This document shows positions 1 to 11,168 of a DNA stretch of 64,000 nucleotides, in pieces. The notes below the pieces were generated by a model. It made no database searches, was not told where the DNA came from, and saw nothing but the letters and a program-made list of their open reading frames with translations. The stretch is from Synechococcus sp. (GTDB lineage Bacteria > Cyanobacteriota > Cyanobacteriia > PCC-6307 > Cyanobiaceae). The stretch spans positions 416,136-480,135 of the forward strand of contig JBJBDC010000001.1 in the NCBI GenBank assembly GCA_047285535.1, in the 5' to 3' direction. Positions within the stretch are counted from its first letter, which is position 1. Every line of letters starts with the position of its first letter. Both the position numbers and the translations under genes were made by a program.

Positions 1-153
1 TGGCCACCCTTCAGCGGAGGCCCCAGATCTGTAGACACCCAAGTGCTGACCCTTCGGCGAAAGCTAGAGCAGGCAGGCTTAGGCGATGGAGGCGGTATTA
101 CAACCGTTCGACAACAGGGCTATCGATTCAGTCTCGAAACCATTAGGGACTGA
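1..153 (+). CDS. 3' end of OmpR-family response regulator (winged-helix domain), partial
   Basis: Frame 1 reads WPPFSGGPRSVDTQVLTLRRKLEQAG...ITTVRQQGYRF*, a typical Trans_reg_C C-terminus. Confidence 0.85.
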   Translation, partial: WPPFSGGPRSVDTQVLTLRRKLEQAGLGDGGGITTVRQQGYRFSLETIRD

Positions 154-688
154 TGATGATGCCTTCGTGGATTGCGTAGGCAACAGCGCCTTCCCCGAGG
201 AGCATTAGCAGCGACAGTGCTGCAAGCAACTGGTATGTCCAAGGAGGACTCAGCCTGCCAACGCCCGTAGTTTTTAAAGAGCTTTGGGCCTGCACCAGGT
301 TGAGAAATTGATCAAAGTTTTGTAAGCGCTGCGGCAACAGACGTTGTTGTTGATCATGCGTCGTGATGTAAAAAACTTTTCCGCCTTGACTTGTCCCCAC
401 CGGGACAAGTGCTTTCATTTGGTTCCATTCGAGGCTCCAGCCACGACGCAGTACCCAGTTGCACCACGCAGGGTGGCCGACAGCGATTCCAGTGTTTGTC
501 AGAACGACCTGTTCACTGAGCATCGCCATTACAACGATGAATCCAATAAGAACTGCTGCTATCAGTCCAATCCGCAGGGATTCAGGCGCAAGGCTTGGCA
601 GGGGCAAAACCAAGGCTAAATAGACAGCGATCAACGTTCCTCGGATCAGCGGCGAGATCTGAAAACAATGCCTATCGTTGCTCATCAA
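143..688 (-). CDS. Conserved cyanobacterial membrane protein
   Basis: 181-aa ORF with N- and C-terminal hydrophobic helices, in core context. Confidence 0.7.
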   Translation of the reverse strand: MMSNDRHCFQISPLIRGTLIAVYLALVLPLPSLAPESLRIGLIAAVLIGFIVVMAMLSEQVVLTNTGIAVGHPAWCNWVLRRGWSLEWNQMKALVPVGTSQGGKVFYITTHDQQQRLLPQRLQNFDQFLNLVQAQSSLKTTGVGRLSPPWTYQLLAALSLLMLLGEGAVAYAIHEGIIISP

Positions 689-1176
689 TTCTCCGGAGAA
701 TCATCTGAAGGCTCTAACGCCTGTCTTGGTTGGTAGGACCCACTCAGCACAGTATGAGCAACATCCTGAGCTTGCTGAGGTGGCCCCTTTGCTCTCGAGG
801 TTGTTGGTTGCTCCAGTGATGGTGTGAGAGATTGAATCTGCAATAAACCGCGCCAACATTAAGTGAACTTTGACTGGTTGAAATCATTTCTCGTCTTTTC
901 ATCCTAATGGGTATTTAAGTTGTTAGCCGGGTTTTGAGTCGGCGTTGTTCTTCAGTGTCTTGTATGAGCCAGAAGGTGAAGGCTTTTTGGCTTCCTTTTG
1001 CTGGTAAGAATTGTTTGGTTCTCATTCATGATTACCTCATGATCTTGTCTTGATTTGTCTTTTGTTTCTAACTGCAACTCATGATTTGATGTTGATCTGT
1101 TGATGCTCAGAGTCTGATCTTCAATGCCTTTAAGGCAAAGTGATTTGACGATGTGTTTGTCTGTATAAGAAGCCCT

Positions 1177-2712
1177 CTAAGCTGGTAAAGCCCATGAATT
1201 GAGTCCTAGATCAGCACCGATTCTGTGGCTGCAGGCATAGCCGCTGAATGCCACAGCATTGAGCCCCTGACCTGGAAAACAAGAATCACCGACGCAATAC
1301 AAGTTTTTCAGGCCGGTACGGTTGAAAGGCATTGGCAATAAGCCAGGGAGTTGATGGGCAGGGATCGGACCATAGCTACCTCCCATGCGACCAAGAAAGC
1401 GCCGATGTGTACGAGGTGTACCAATTTCCTTCAGCTCAATGGCACGACGCAAACCTGGTATTAGTGCTTCAAGTCGTGCGATCAATCGATCGGCATCCTG
1501 ATTCTTTTTCGTCTTGTAAGCCTGTGGAGACAGTCCCTTCCAGTGGCTCATATTGCTTTGGGTGAAAGTGTGCAGAATGTGATGTCCTTTTGGAGCGAGT
1601 GAGGGATCGAGTAGGGATGGCATTGAGACAAAGATCACCCCTTGTTCGGCCTCCATCTCATCCCAGTCTTCAAGCAAGAGGTGATGGCAATGAAAATTTT
1701 TGGGGACGACCGATGCATCGATGCCGAGATGCAGTGAAAGAAACGATGACGATGGCTGATAGCGCTTGCGCCACGTACGTTCTGAAGCTGGAGTGTGCTC
1801 GGGGCCAACCAGAGTGGAGGTTGCTGAGTCTTCACCTGCGAAGGTGTCCCAGCGGGTTGCGTTGCTGACGATCCGCTTAGCTCTTAATTCCTGTCCATCA
1901 GCAAGTCGAACACCAACAGCCCGACCATTCTCAATCAATACGTTGGTAACTCGAGTTTGGTAGCGGATTTCACCGCCTTTGTACTCAAGACCAGCCACCA
2001 GTTTCTCCGCAATAACACCCACACCTCCTTTTGGGTAATTGATACCTCCTGCATGCCGATCGGAAAACACCATCCCCGCATTGATCATGGGAGTGCGATC
2101 GGCGGGCATGACTGACCAACAGAAACATTCCATGTCGATGAGACGAAGTAGAGACTCATCCTTGATGTGCTTTTTTGCTACATCTCCAACATTGAACGGC
2201 AGCCATCGGGCTAACCCAAGGCAAGCCAGTGGTGCCTTGAAAAAAACTTTGGCTAGATAGGATGGATCTTCTAACGAGAGCAGCGGCATCGCATCTAAGC
2301 AGCGAAACACTTGCCAGCAGGTGTCGTAAAAAGCGCGAATACCTTTGGTTTCATGGGGAAATCGGGCACTCATTCGTGCAATGAAGTCGTCGTAGTTCCT
2401 GTCCACAGCCATCGAGAGGTCGTCGGGCAGGTGATATTCGAGCTGTACGGCATCGGGAATCGTCTCGCAGTGTTGCCCTACGTCAGCCAGTGCTCTGGTC
2501 AGCAGATTCGTATGTCCCTTCTCTCCAAAGCCAAAAATCATCGATGCGCCTACATCGAAGGTGTATCCCTTGCGTCGAAAACTTCCACCTGATCCGCCTG
2601 GAATCAGATATCTCTCAAGAACCAGTGTTTTGGCTCCTTTCGCAGCCAGTTGTGATGCTGTGACTAGGCCACCGATTCCTGATCCAATGACAATGACATC
2701 CCAGTTATCCAT
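1177..2712 (-). CDS. crtH: Carotenoid isomerase
   Basis: GSGIGG FAD-binding start, FDVGASMIFGFG, C-terminal VGDSCFPGQGLNAVAFSG. Confidence 0.93.
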   Translation of the reverse strand: MDNWDVIVIGSGIGGLVTASQLAAKGAKTLVLERYLIPGGSGGSFRRKGYTFDVGASMIFGFGEKGHTNLLTRALADVGQHCETIPDAVQLEYHLPDDLSMAVDRNYDDFIARMSARFPHETKGIRAFYDTCWQVFRCLDAMPLLSLEDPSYLAKVFFKAPLACLGLARWLPFNVGDVAKKHIKDESLLRLIDMECFCWSVMPADRTPMINAGMVFSDRHAGGINYPKGGVGVIAEKLVAGLEYKGGEIRYQTRVTNVLIENGRAVGVRLADGQELRAKRIVSNATRWDTFAGEDSATSTLVGPEHTPASERTWRKRYQPSSSFLSLHLGIDASVVPKNFHCHHLLLEDWDEMEAEQGVIFVSMPSLLDPSLAPKGHHILHTFTQSNMSHWKGLSPQAYKTKKNQDADRLIARLEALIPGLRRAIELKEIGTPRTHRRFLGRMGGSYGPIPAHQLPGLLPMPFNRTGLKNLYCVGDSCFPGQGLNAVAFSGYACSHRIGADLGLNSWALPA

Positions 2713-2730
2713 CGAACGATGATCAATCCT

Positions 2731-3696
2731 TCAAGGCTGAACCTTAGGGGGCTCGGAAGGGGAGAAGGGTTGAGTTGCGGTCAGAATGACTTCAGATCTC
2801 ACTGGCATGGCCAACAGTTCTTGACAGCGCTCCTCAATTCGATCTCGTAGGAGATCAATTGCTGCTCCATCCATTGGCTGGTTGGGGTTGAGATACACGA
2901 CGACGAATGCCGTTCGGCCCACTTGCATCACAGTGAGGTCAAGCAGCCAACAGGACAACCCGGCCAGCAGATCTTCGAGTGTTAATCGGGTCCTGCGTAC
3001 AAGTTCATTTTCTGCGGATGCGCCTGAGGCCTGTCCGAGCGCGTTCAGAAAAGTCTGAAATGGTTCTTTAAAGATGACCAGACTGACTATCAACACCAAC
3101 AACGAATCGGTGATCGGACTGAGAGGTGCAAAAGGTGTGCCCTTCAGTAGCGGTGACCCCAACAAGGCGATGCCAGTGAGGCCACTGATTAAGGCGTCAA
3201 TTCTGGCAGCCCTCGCTTCCGTTAGTAGTAATTGAGACTGACTGCCAGAACGGATCCAGTCATGGTGATGGCGCCAAGCTAAACCCCAGCAGATCGCCAC
3301 CATGGACGCGGAGTAAAGGGCCACCGGTCCAAGCTTCACCATTTCGATGGTGCTTCCTCTGGCGTAGTCGATCACTGTGCTAAGGCCACTAATGGCGGCA
3401 AAGCTGAGCACACCGATCAAGACAAGCGAGCGAAACAGGACATACAACGCTTCTTGACCGTCATAGCCATAGGGATAGGCCCGATCGGGTGGACGCACCA
3501 CATTGCTGCTAATTCTCGAGGCAACAAGCCCTGATCCCACCATCACGGCGGAATAAAGGCCGTCGAGAAGAAGGGCATAAGACCCGGAAATGACATGCAC
3601 ACCTATTCCGGCAATCGCCATGAAAGCACTGGCGATAACACCCGTACGCAGTGACAGACGTTCTATTTGGCGATCATCAACAGGAACAGGAGGCAT
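2731..3696 (-). CDS. Cation diffusion facilitator family transporter
   Basis: [21 protein letters not shown], about 6 TM segments; start placed at ATG 3696. Confidence 0.8.
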   Translation of the reverse strand: MPPVPVDDRQIERLSLRTGVIASAFMAIAGIGVHVISGSYALLLDGLYSAVMVGSGLVASRISSNVVRPPDRAYPYGYDGQEALYVLFRSLVLIGVLSFAAISGLSTVIDYARGSTIEMVKLGPVALYSASMVAICWGLAWRHHHDWIRSGSQSQLLLTEARAARIDALISGLTGIALLGSPLLKGTPFAPLSPITDSLLVLIVSLVIFKEPFQTFLNALGQASGASAENELVRRTRLTLEDLLAGLSCWLLDLTVMQVGRTAFVVVYLNPNQPMDGAAIDLLRDRIEERCQELLAMPVRSEVILTATQPFSPSEPPKVQP

Positions 3697-5071
3697 AAGT
3701 CGTCTTGCTTTTTTCGATGACGCACTGCAGATCTGAAAGCGCTCTATCGCGATAAGCGCCATAACGTGCTCGCTTGTCTTTAATGCGCTCGGATAGTTCG
3801 GGCATTAACCCGAAGTTTGGGGGCATCGGTTGGAATTTTTCTGATGGTGCCTCACTGATGAAGTGGGATAGGGCTCCCATCATCGTGGTCCGCGGCAGCT
3901 CTATTGGATCCTGACCATGGACCAGGCGTGCTGCATTGGTGCCAGCCAACCATCCTCCACCGACAGCTGCGGCATAGCCTTCGGTTCCCGTAATTTGACC
4001 TGCTGCTAGTAATTTCTGACGTCGTTTGAACTGAAGAGTCGGTTCTAGTAATTCCGGGGACTTCAGAAATGTGTTGCGATGCATCACGCCAAAGCGCACA
4101 AACTCTGCTTGCTCTAGACCTGGGATCAAGCGCAGAACGCGCTTTTGTTCACCCCATTTGAGATTGGTCTGGAAGCCCACAAGATTCCAAAGTCTTCCGT
4201 CCTTGTCTTCCTGCCTCAGTTGCACCACCGCATAGGCTCGTTTGGCGCGCCGCACGTCGCGGTCTTTTACATCTCCCCAGCGTGGATCCCACAGTCCAAT
4301 CGGTTTAAGAGGCCCGTAACGCATTGTGTCTTCCCCACGACGCGCCAACTCTTCGATCGGTAAGCACCCTTCAAAAAATGTGGCGCTGTTCTTGTCAAAG
4401 TCCTTGAGTTCGGCTTGCTCAGCCTCGAGTAGGGCCGCTCTGAAAGCCAGAAACTGGTCCCGATCCATTGGACAGTTGATGTAATCAGCATCTCCCTTGT
4501 CGTAGCGACTGGCCCGGAAGGCCTTGCTCATATCAATGGTTTCACCATCAACAATGGGGCTGGCAGCATCGAAAAAATGACAATCGCCTCGGCCTGTAAA
4601 GGCACGTAGATCGTTGGCCAGTCTTTCACTGGTGAGTGGGCCGGTCGCCAACACTGCGATCTGATCAGGGTCCGGAAGGACCACGTGCTCCTGGCGGCGA
4701 ATGGTGACCATTGGATGGTCATTTAGAACTGATGTCAGTGCTGCGCTGTAACTCCCACGATCAACGGCAAGAGCTCCACCGGCGGGGACGGAGTGGGTAT
4801 CAGCCGTCTGGATCACCAGTGATCCAAGACGCCTTAACTCCTCTTGAAGCAAACCTGCAGCACGATCACTACTGAGAGCGCCAAAACTGTTGCTACAAAC
4901 CAACTCAGCAAACTCAGCGCTGTGATGTGCAGGCGACCGTTTGAACGGTCGCATTTCCCAAAGCGTGACTGGAACGCCTGCCTGTGCGACCTGCCAAGCC
5001 GCTTCAGTACCTGCGAGACCGGCTCCAATCACAACTACGGAGAGATTTTGGCGCAAGGACGTTGAGATCAA
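3677..5071 (-). CDS. trmFO: FADH2-oxidizing tRNA (uracil-54) methyltransferase
   Basis: [54 protein letters not shown]. Confidence 0.96.
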   Translation of the reverse strand: MISTSLRQNLSVVVIGAGLAGTEAAWQVAQAGVPVTLWEMRPFKRSPAHHSAEFAELVCSNSFGALSSDRAAGLLQEELRRLGSLVIQTADTHSVPAGGALAVDRGSYSAALTSVLNDHPMVTIRRQEHVVLPDPDQIAVLATGPLTSERLANDLRAFTGRGDCHFFDAASPIVDGETIDMSKAFRASRYDKGDADYINCPMDRDQFLAFRAALLEAEQAELKDFDKNSATFFEGCLPIEELARRGEDTMRYGPLKPIGLWDPRWGDVKDRDVRRAKRAYAVVQLRQEDKDGRLWNLVGFQTNLKWGEQKRVLRLIPGLEQAEFVRFGVMHRNTFLKSPELLEPTLQFKRRQKLLAAGQITGTEGYAAAVGGGWLAGTNAARLVHGQDPIELPRTTMMGALSHFISEAPSEKFQPMPPNFGLMPELSERIKDKRARYGAYRDRALSDLQCVIEKSKTTYASCSC

Positions 5072-5099
5072 TATCTGATTTCAACCCTATCGATGGCTG

Positions 5100-5222
5100 T
5101 CAGGCGCGGCTGCGTTTGATCATGAGCTGCAGCTGACCAACGGCTGCACGACCGATGTTGAATCCAGCCCAGGCGAGTGCCAGAAGGATCGGGGATGCCA
5201 CGAGCACGAGCCGAAGGTCCAT
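5100..5222 (-). CDS. psbY: Photosystem II protein Y (absent from ORF track)
   Basis: Manual translation MDLRLVLVASPILLALAWAGFNIGRAAVGQLQLMIKRSRA*. Confidence 0.93.
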   Translation of the reverse strand: MDLRLVLVASPILLALAWAGFNIGRAAVGQLQLMIKRSRA

Positions 5223-5250
5223 GAGTCCACAGATAACGAGTTTGTGGATT

Positions 5251-5814
5251 TTAAGGACAGTCGGGAGAAGGAGGGATCAACAGTGGGCAGTCCGTTTGGT
5301 TTTGCAGCATTTGAGACCATTCAGCGGCTAACTCGGCGTAGTGATCTGCGTGCTCCCACTGTGCATCAACCGCTTCCTGGCTGAGCTCACGCCTTGCTTG
5401 AGCGGGCACTCCCGCCACAAGGGTTCTTGCGGGTACGTCTTTGGTGACGACAGCCCCCGCGGCAACCAGGGCTCCCTTCCCTACTGTCACGCCATTCAGA
5501 ACGATGGCTCCAATCCCGATTAGACATCCTGCCTTGAGCGAAGCACCATGAACAACGGCCCGGTGGCCAATGGTTACGTTCTCAGCGATATGGACGGGGA
5601 AACCAGGATCACCATGCAGAACAGCTCCTTCCTGCACGTTGCTGCGAGCACCGATATAAATCGCAGCCATGTCGCCGCGAGCCACTGCTGTTGGCCAGAT
5701 GCTTGCGCCTGATCTAACTGTCACATCAGCCATGAGTACTGCACCAGGAGCAACCCACGCGTCCGCAGCGATGCGGGGCTGAGGCCAAGGTTTCTTGATT
5801 GTCGTCTCAGTCAT
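5251..5814 (-). CDS. Gamma carbonic anhydrase family (hexapeptide repeat) protein
   Basis: [24 protein letters not shown], hexapeptide repeats. Confidence 0.9.
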   Translation of the reverse strand: MTETTIKKPWPQPRIAADAWVAPGAVLMADVTVRSGASIWPTAVARGDMAAIYIGARSNVQEGAVLHGDPGFPVHIAENVTIGHRAVVHGASLKAGCLIGIGAIVLNGVTVGKGALVAAGAVVTKDVPARTLVAGVPAQARRELSQEAVDAQWEHADHYAELAAEWSQMLQNQTDCPLLIPPSPDCP

Positions 5815-5896
5815 GAAAGGGAAGAAGCAATTATTAGTCCTCTGGATGCCTAAGTGATAGCCTCCTTGGGTACCTGATTGGTATGTTCATTCGGGA

Positions 5897-5968
5897 GGGT
5901 CGCTAGCTCAGCGGTAGAGCACTCGGCTTTTAACCGATTGGTCCTGAGTTCGAATCTCAGGCGACCCA
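5897..5968 (+). tRNA. tRNA-Lys(TTT)
   Basis: GGGTCGC/GCGACCC acceptor stem, anticodon loop CT-TTT-AA, TTCGAAT T-loop. Confidence 0.96.
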
Positions 5969-6036
5969 TTTGTTCAAAGCTAAAGTTGTTTTGATTTTTT
6001 ATAGTTTCTTGTAAAGGGGCTCCTTTTACTAAATCT

Positions 6037-6390
6037 ATGAGATCGGTTGCAATTGTTGATGACGATTCGAGGCTAAGAGAATTGTTTAAGCAAGAGCTGA
6101 TTGATGAGGGAGTAGAGCCAGTCCTTTGTTCAAATGGCCAAATTTTGCTTGAACTGCTGGATCAGCGACAGATCGATTTGATTCTCCTGGATCTAATGAT
6201 GCCTGTCATGGATGGGATGACTTGCCTAGGCCGGCTGCGCGAACGTTCAAATTCCATTCCTGTGGTGGTGGTGACTGCTTGTATTGAAGACAGCAAGCGA
6301 GTCGAAGCTGAAGCTCTGGGCGCCTCTGAGTTCATTCTGAAACCCGATTTATTTGATCTTCTTCCAGCATTGCTAGAGAAATATCTCTGA
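6037..6390 (+). CDS. Single-domain response regulator (CheY-like)
   Basis: IVDDD, LLDLMMPVMDG, VVT, KP motifs. Confidence 0.92.
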   Translation: MRSVAIVDDDSRLRELFKQELIDEGVEPVLCSNGQILLELLDQRQIDLILLDLMMPVMDGMTCLGRLRERSNSIPVVVVTACIEDSKRVEAEALGASEFILKPDLFDLLPALLEKYL

Positions 6391-6414
6391 AATATATTCT
6401 TGCTTTTATTGATT

Positions 6415-7575
6415 TTACTTTAGGTGTGGAAATTTTAATTTTACTACAAGACCTTCTGCTGTTGATTTAAGGGGGTGGTGATTGGAGTGGCAACTGACTG
6501 TACCTTCTAAACCTTTCATCAGGCTTTTTACCAAAGCTAGGCCTAGGCCACTGCCTTCAGTATGTGCAGCGTTGCGATGCTCTTCAATACGAGTAAATCG
6601 TTCAAAGATTGCAGTCAAGCTTTCTTTGGTTTGAATGCCCGGGCCGTTGTCAATAAAATGAAGCTCAATATGGTCAATAGTTTCCTTGAATAGGATTTGG
6701 ACTGATGTTTCAGATTGGCTAAAGCGAATGCTGTTGTCGAGTAGATTGTCTAGAATGAGGTTTAAAGCTTTTTGATCAATTTGTACGTTGTTTTTTTTGA
6801 TTGTACTGTTTCTGCGAATCTGAAGATACTTTTTTTGTTCGGGATTAAGGGTGATCATCCACTGTTCTACGAACATTTTAAGATTGCCACATTGCATATT
6901 CCACGTATGAAGTTCCGTGTCTAATTCTGACAGCAACAAAAGGTTCTCAACTAGTTTCGCCATTCTTTTTGTTTCTTCATTGGCATCAGAGATGGATTGC
7001 TTTAATTCGCCAGTTAAATGAGCTTTCCGCTGAATTCGTAGAAGATTACCTTTGAGAATCGTCAGAGGGGTTCGCAATTCATGGGCAAGATGATTAATGA
7101 ATAGCCTTTGGGCTTGAAGTGCTTTCTCTAGTGGATTAAGATCACGAAAAATCAGGAGTGTGAACTGTTTGTTCATTTGATTGATTTGGCGCCAACTTAC
7201 CATCCTTTCAATGAGTTCTTTTTTAATAGAGTCTGAAGAGTTCGGAGTCAGAGCTTGGATTTGATAAGACTGAAAACCATCCTTTAAAAGCGCCTTTTGA
7301 AGAGGATGATTTGGTTCATTCTCTTTTACCTGCCTACCTCTGGGATGATAGAAGCGAATCAACGATGAAAAGGGTCGACCAACCATCTGCAATGTGATGC
7401 CTTGACCCCATAGATCTGCTGCTTGTTGGTTGGCCCAACTCACAATTTCCGATTGGTCAATGATGAGCATGGCTTCACCAGTTGAATCAAAAGCAACCCG
7501 CAATAATCCCAGGGATTGCCTCATCTGTTCGATCAGAAGTTGGGAATCTTCTTTTGGAAACTCTTCAACTGGCAT
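6415..7575 (-). CDS. PAS-containing sensor histidine kinase
   Basis: AHELRTPL H-box, NLLDNSIRF N-box, DNGPGI, GSGLGLALV. Confidence 0.93.
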   Translation of the reverse strand: MPVEEFPKEDSQLLIEQMRQSLGLLRVAFDSTGEAMLIIDQSEIVSWANQQAADLWGQGITLQMVGRPFSSLIRFYHPRGRQVKENEPNHPLQKALLKDGFQSYQIQALTPNSSDSIKKELIERMVSWRQINQMNKQFTLLIFRDLNPLEKALQAQRLFINHLAHELRTPLTILKGNLLRIQRKAHLTGELKQSISDANEETKRMAKLVENLLLLSELDTELHTWNMQCGNLKMFVEQWMITLNPEQKKYLQIRRNSTIKKNNVQIDQKALNLILDNLLDNSIRFSQSETSVQILFKETIDHIELHFIDNGPGIQTKESLTAIFERFTRIEEHRNAAHTEGSGLGLALVKSLMKGLEGTVSCHSNHHPLKSTAEGLVVKLKFPHLK

Positions 7576-7948
7576 ACGGGCCTTCCAGGGGCCTCAGCGT
7601 TGCCGCAAAGCTCCATTCACCGGCTGGCGTTCGTTCCGCCACGATAAAATGTTCACTTCGTATTTCATTTCCATTGCTGCAAATTGTCGCGAGCTCAAGT
7701 GGATGATTCACTACCTTTGATTGCTCTGTCAGTTTGAAGCGGGAGAAACCTGCATGATGCAGCTCGCGGAATTGGGGTGGAAGAATCATCCCGATGGTTT
7801 GACCGATCAAGCTATCGTCCCAGCCATAAATCAAGCTGAATCGTTGATTGAATTCAACCACTTGCCCTTGATCATCAGTACGCACGAAGGGCAGGTCGTG
7901 TTTCTTCCTTAATTCTTCGACCGCCCCAGGTGTCCAGGACTCTGGCAT
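7565..7948 (-). CDS. Standalone PAS-domain protein
   Basis: TDDQGQVVEFNQRFSLIYGW...LIGQTIGMILP; overlaps the kinase start. Confidence 0.85.
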   Translation of the reverse strand: MPESWTPGAVEELRKKHDLPFVRTDDQGQVVEFNQRFSLIYGWDDSLIGQTIGMILPPQFRELHHAGFSRFKLTEQSKVVNHPLELATICSNGNEIRSEHFIVAERTPAGEWSFAATLRPLEGPYAS

Positions 7949-8024
7949 GCCCGCAAAAGCTTTAGGTCAGCTTAGGCATGATTTTCGTTGCATGCCAACG
8001 CGCTCCATTAAAGTAATTGAGAAA

Positions 8025-8098
8025 CGGGGTGTAGCGCAGTTTGGTAGCGCGCCTGCTTTGGGAGCAGGATGTCGCAGGTTCGAATCCTGTCACCCCGA
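8025..8098 (+). tRNA. tRNA-Pro(TGG); left boundary of island
   Basis: CGGGGTG/CACCCCG acceptor stem, CCTGC-TT-TGG-GA-GCAGG anticodon arm, GGTTCGAATCC. Confidence 0.96.
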
Positions 8099-8172
8099 TG
8101 CCCAATCAACCAGTCCCCAGCTGGATTCTTCGCCACTCCAAAGGGTGGCTTTTTTATTGCTTACGCACGCGT

Positions 8173-8222
8173 GTGTGGTCAGGGTGTGGTCAGAGCACAC
8201 GAAAACCCAGTGCTGACCACAC
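8173..8222. repeat. GTGTGGTCAG direct repeat x2 plus inverted copy; possible recombinase binding sites
   Basis: Copies at 8173-8182 and 8184-8193, reverse complement CTGACCACAC at 8213-8222. Confidence 0.6.
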
Positions 8223-8861
8223 AACTTTCCGAGCATCAGGACCAACCTCCCATCACCATTGCCATACTGTTTTCACCGACAAGAGCGATCGCGAAGGCTA
8301 TCCAATCCCGGGGTCGGTCTCTCCAAGCTCACCTTCATTAGTGAGTTTTCCGTACTGCCCCTGAGGGCGGGCTGATGGTGTTGGTCCTGAACACCTCAGT
8401 CGTGCCATGACGCGCTCTAACAAACAGGACAAATTCGCTCACAAAGCCAAGTTCACGACACGCATTGACGGTCAAAACTTCACTGCTGATGCGAACGATC
8501 GATGAGCTTGTGCAATGTTCCCTCAACTGGGATCCCCAGCAGATTCGTGTTCTGTTCAACAAAGTCTCTGGGATGACCGATATTATGTCTTTAATCTCTT
8601 CCTTATCATTCCTAATTGCCGTCCGATACCTGGCACTCTTTAATAGCTAGCTTCGCCACAAGCGGGGTTTTTTAGTGCGCTCTGATCGTTGTGAGCAATC
8701 GTTTGAGTAACTACGCGCTAGGAGCAATGAAGCCTCTGTTGCCTAACCGTTATCGGTTCTGTTCGTCTGACTTCAGAGTGTCCTGAACATCCCTAGGCGT
8801 GTAGATCATTAGGCAGATAGGTGAAAACGATGCCAGCCTAAACGGAGAAGGGTTAGTTGGC

Positions 8862-8877
8862 TTTGAGCAAGATCACA
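8862..8877 (+). promoter_or_regulatory. CRP-type box (TTTGA-N6-TCACA)
   Basis: One mismatch to TGTGA-N6-TCACA; same GCAAGA spacer as other copies. Confidence 0.55.
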
Positions 8878-8918
8878 ACTGCTCATGAGCGTGGTCATCA
8901 ACTGATCCAATCAATCAA

Positions 8919-9614
8919 GTGATAGTGAATTCAGTGAATCCTGAAGTCAATCATGAAAAGGTTTTCACGCCAATTCTTGCGCTCACTCTGGCAACACCTC
9001 TTATCATTGCGGAAAATTCTCAAGCAATAGGACGCCGAAAATGTAGAGGATGCTCAGGTAAAATAGCTATGAAAAATGTAAGCACTGGAATTCACCCTCT
9101 CAACGAATTCAGCACTCATCCAGTTTATGGTTCGCGAGTAAATAAAGATGTTCCCTGGATCACTCTTGCTGAAACTTCGGGGCGAGCATGTGACAAAAAT
9201 GCAACAAGATGTAGAAATAGAGCAACTAGCGTAATCATGAATATGTATAGCAATATCTGGGAAAAAAGATGGACTCACTCAACCGAAGGTGCTAGCAGCA
9301 TTTGGCCACCAAACAAGCCTGGTCGTCCTGTCGCTGGATTGCGCTGGGTGTCTTTCTACCCGCACATCAGGCAGGATTCTTTAAAAGACAGAATAGAAGC
9401 CGCTACATGCTGCAACTCGAGAGTTCCAGCAAACGGCCGCTATAAATTTAAAATTTCTTTTAATGTAAGTGGTGATAGAGGTTGTGGCGATTTAGTGGCG
9501 CCTTTGCGATGGCGACCATTTCAAGCCTTTGATAATATTGGACCTTACGGATATTTTTCAAAAAACTATAATGTTAATTGTAAAGATGTTCGATCAAGAG
9601 GCTTGTGCGGTTAA
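8919..9614 (+). CDS. Cys-rich secreted protein, paralog of 32244-32804; start uncertain
   Basis: Signal-like ILALTLATPLIIAENSQA; shared CRxRA, CC and VNC motifs; ATG 8953 is out of frame. Confidence 0.65.
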   Translation: MIVNSVNPEVNHEKVFTPILALTLATPLIIAENSQAIGRRKCRGCSGKIAMKNVSTGIHPLNEFSTHPVYGSRVNKDVPWITLAETSGRACDKNATRCRNRATSVIMNMYSNIWEKRWTHSTEGASSIWPPNKPGRPVAGLRWVSFYPHIRQDSLKDRIEAATCCNSRVPANGRYKFKISFNVSGDRGCGDLVAPLRWRPFQAFDNIGPYGYFSKNYNVNCKDVRSRGLCG

Positions 9615-9971
9615 TTGCCTTTCGGGTGAGCCCACAGTCAGCAGATGAAGAAACTAATTAGCACGTATTGATGCCATAGCGTCTCGACAAGCCAATTGTC
9701 ATTTGGGAATGAAGCCGAGGTCTACAAGTTTTGGCTAGCACTTGGCATTGAGCAGCTTGGAAGGGATGTGGCTGGTGAGGTCGAGTCGGAATGGATGGTG
9801 CCACTTTTAGTGCTGAGGCAGAACAGAAGTTTCTCTTCAGAACTAAACAACCCTTCCAGCCCATGTGCTGGTCAACCGAACTAATTTTGACGGTGTTTAC
9901 ACCAGGGGAAAGCTTGGAACCATTCACTTGTTGCATAACAATGTTTCTATGTAACAACGAACAACAACCTT

Positions 9972-10028
<57 letters not shown>

Positions 10029-10199
10029 CCTCACCCCACTCCTGAATGAAAGGCTCGATCTCTGGGATCAACAGGATGCCGCTCAAAGGGATGGCGTATT
10101 TCACAAGGCTCTCTTGCTTGAGCAACGCATTCGACAGCTAAGCAAAGAGATCCGTATAGCGATGGGCCTGGAAGAAGGCGTCCCTTTGGAGCAAGGCTG

Positions 10200-10478
10200 A
10201 TGAAACTCAGCAATGTGGTGGCGGAGCATGGCTTTGCTCCGTCACAGCTGGGGGAAATCGAGAATGCCAAGTTGTACCAACGTCACAACGACGATGGCGT
10301 GATGGAACTGCTCTGCGTCCAGAAAGTGGGGAATGTCATGCGGGTCGACCGTCAACCCCTGTTGGCGTTTAGCACCGAGGAGGCTCCGATTTTCCTTCCT
10401 GTTGGCACCGGAGTAAGCAACCAGATCGTCCCGCGGGACAACCTTGAGGACTATCTCCACACCACCCTTGCAGCTTGA
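10200..10478 (+). CDS. Hypothetical protein
   Basis: 92-aa ATG ORF, TGATG-coupled to an upstream frame, followed by a hairpin. Confidence 0.65.
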   Translation: MKLSNVVAEHGFAPSQLGEIENAKLYQRHNDDGVMELLCVQKVGNVMRVDRQPLLAFSTEEAPIFLPVGTGVSNQIVPRDNLEDYLHTTLAA

Positions 10479-10634
10479 AACACAAACGCCCCGACCAGCT
10501 TTTTTTGGTGGGGCTGCATCACTTATGCCCGTAAAGATCGATCCAATCAATTGAGCCCCAGCCCCCTTCCCTGAATTCGTAGCCGCGGCGCTGAAAGACG
10601 ACAGCGGGGAACACTCAGGTCAGTCACGTTTGAC

Positions 10635-10843
10635 CCGTTACCCTTGACACCCGCATTGTCCTGTTCCTGATGGGAGAACTACGCGCCAATGATCCAGACC
10701 TCTTCAATCGATGGCTGTCTGGGGGCGTTCAAGACCTAGGGGAGCCAGTGGTGGTGGAGTTGCTGCTGGACTGGCTTGACCCGTTCCTGACCGTGGAAGA
10801 ATAGGACAGGCTGATGGCTTGGCAGTTAGGGGTAAGTCTCTAG
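10635..10843 (+). pseudogene. Relic of small repeated gene ending DRLMAWQLGVSL*
   Basis: LRANDPDLFNRWLSGG...LDPFLTVEE*DRLMAWQLGVSL* with internal stop; other relics near 9706, 17281, 22522, 25695, 28475 and 58005. Confidence 0.7.
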
Positions 10844-10924
10844 GTCTTATGGGGAATAGAAAAGCAGTGATCACTATCCTTTTGGGGGATGCGTGGATTA
10901 TTCGTTTGTTCAGAGGCTTGGATA

Positions 10925-11080
10925 ATGAATCATTCAGCCGTCTTGGTCCTACTCCTGCTTGCGGGATGCTCTTTGAAAGCAGCGCTGCCGACTGTCTCAA
11001 TTCAACGTTGCTACTACGGCGATACTTGCACGACATCCTCAGGAGAGAAGATTCGACTGGCTTGCATTGACACCCCTGAA
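10925..11080 (+). pseudogene. Truncated thermonuclease (SNase) lipoprotein gene
   Basis: LLAGC lipobox, CYYGDTC...KIRLACIDTPE, then homology to 12130 stops. Confidence 0.75.
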
Positions 11081-11168
11081 TCGCTAAACCGCACCTCCTT
11101 GTTCGGTTTGAAGTAGTGACTTGCGTGCTCGGCAGATCTAGATCAATGGGGCCTCAGAAATTCATGCC

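Noticed and set aside
7947..8364. ORFs spanning tRNA-Pro
   Set aside because: Overlap the tRNA and its terminator; no protein features
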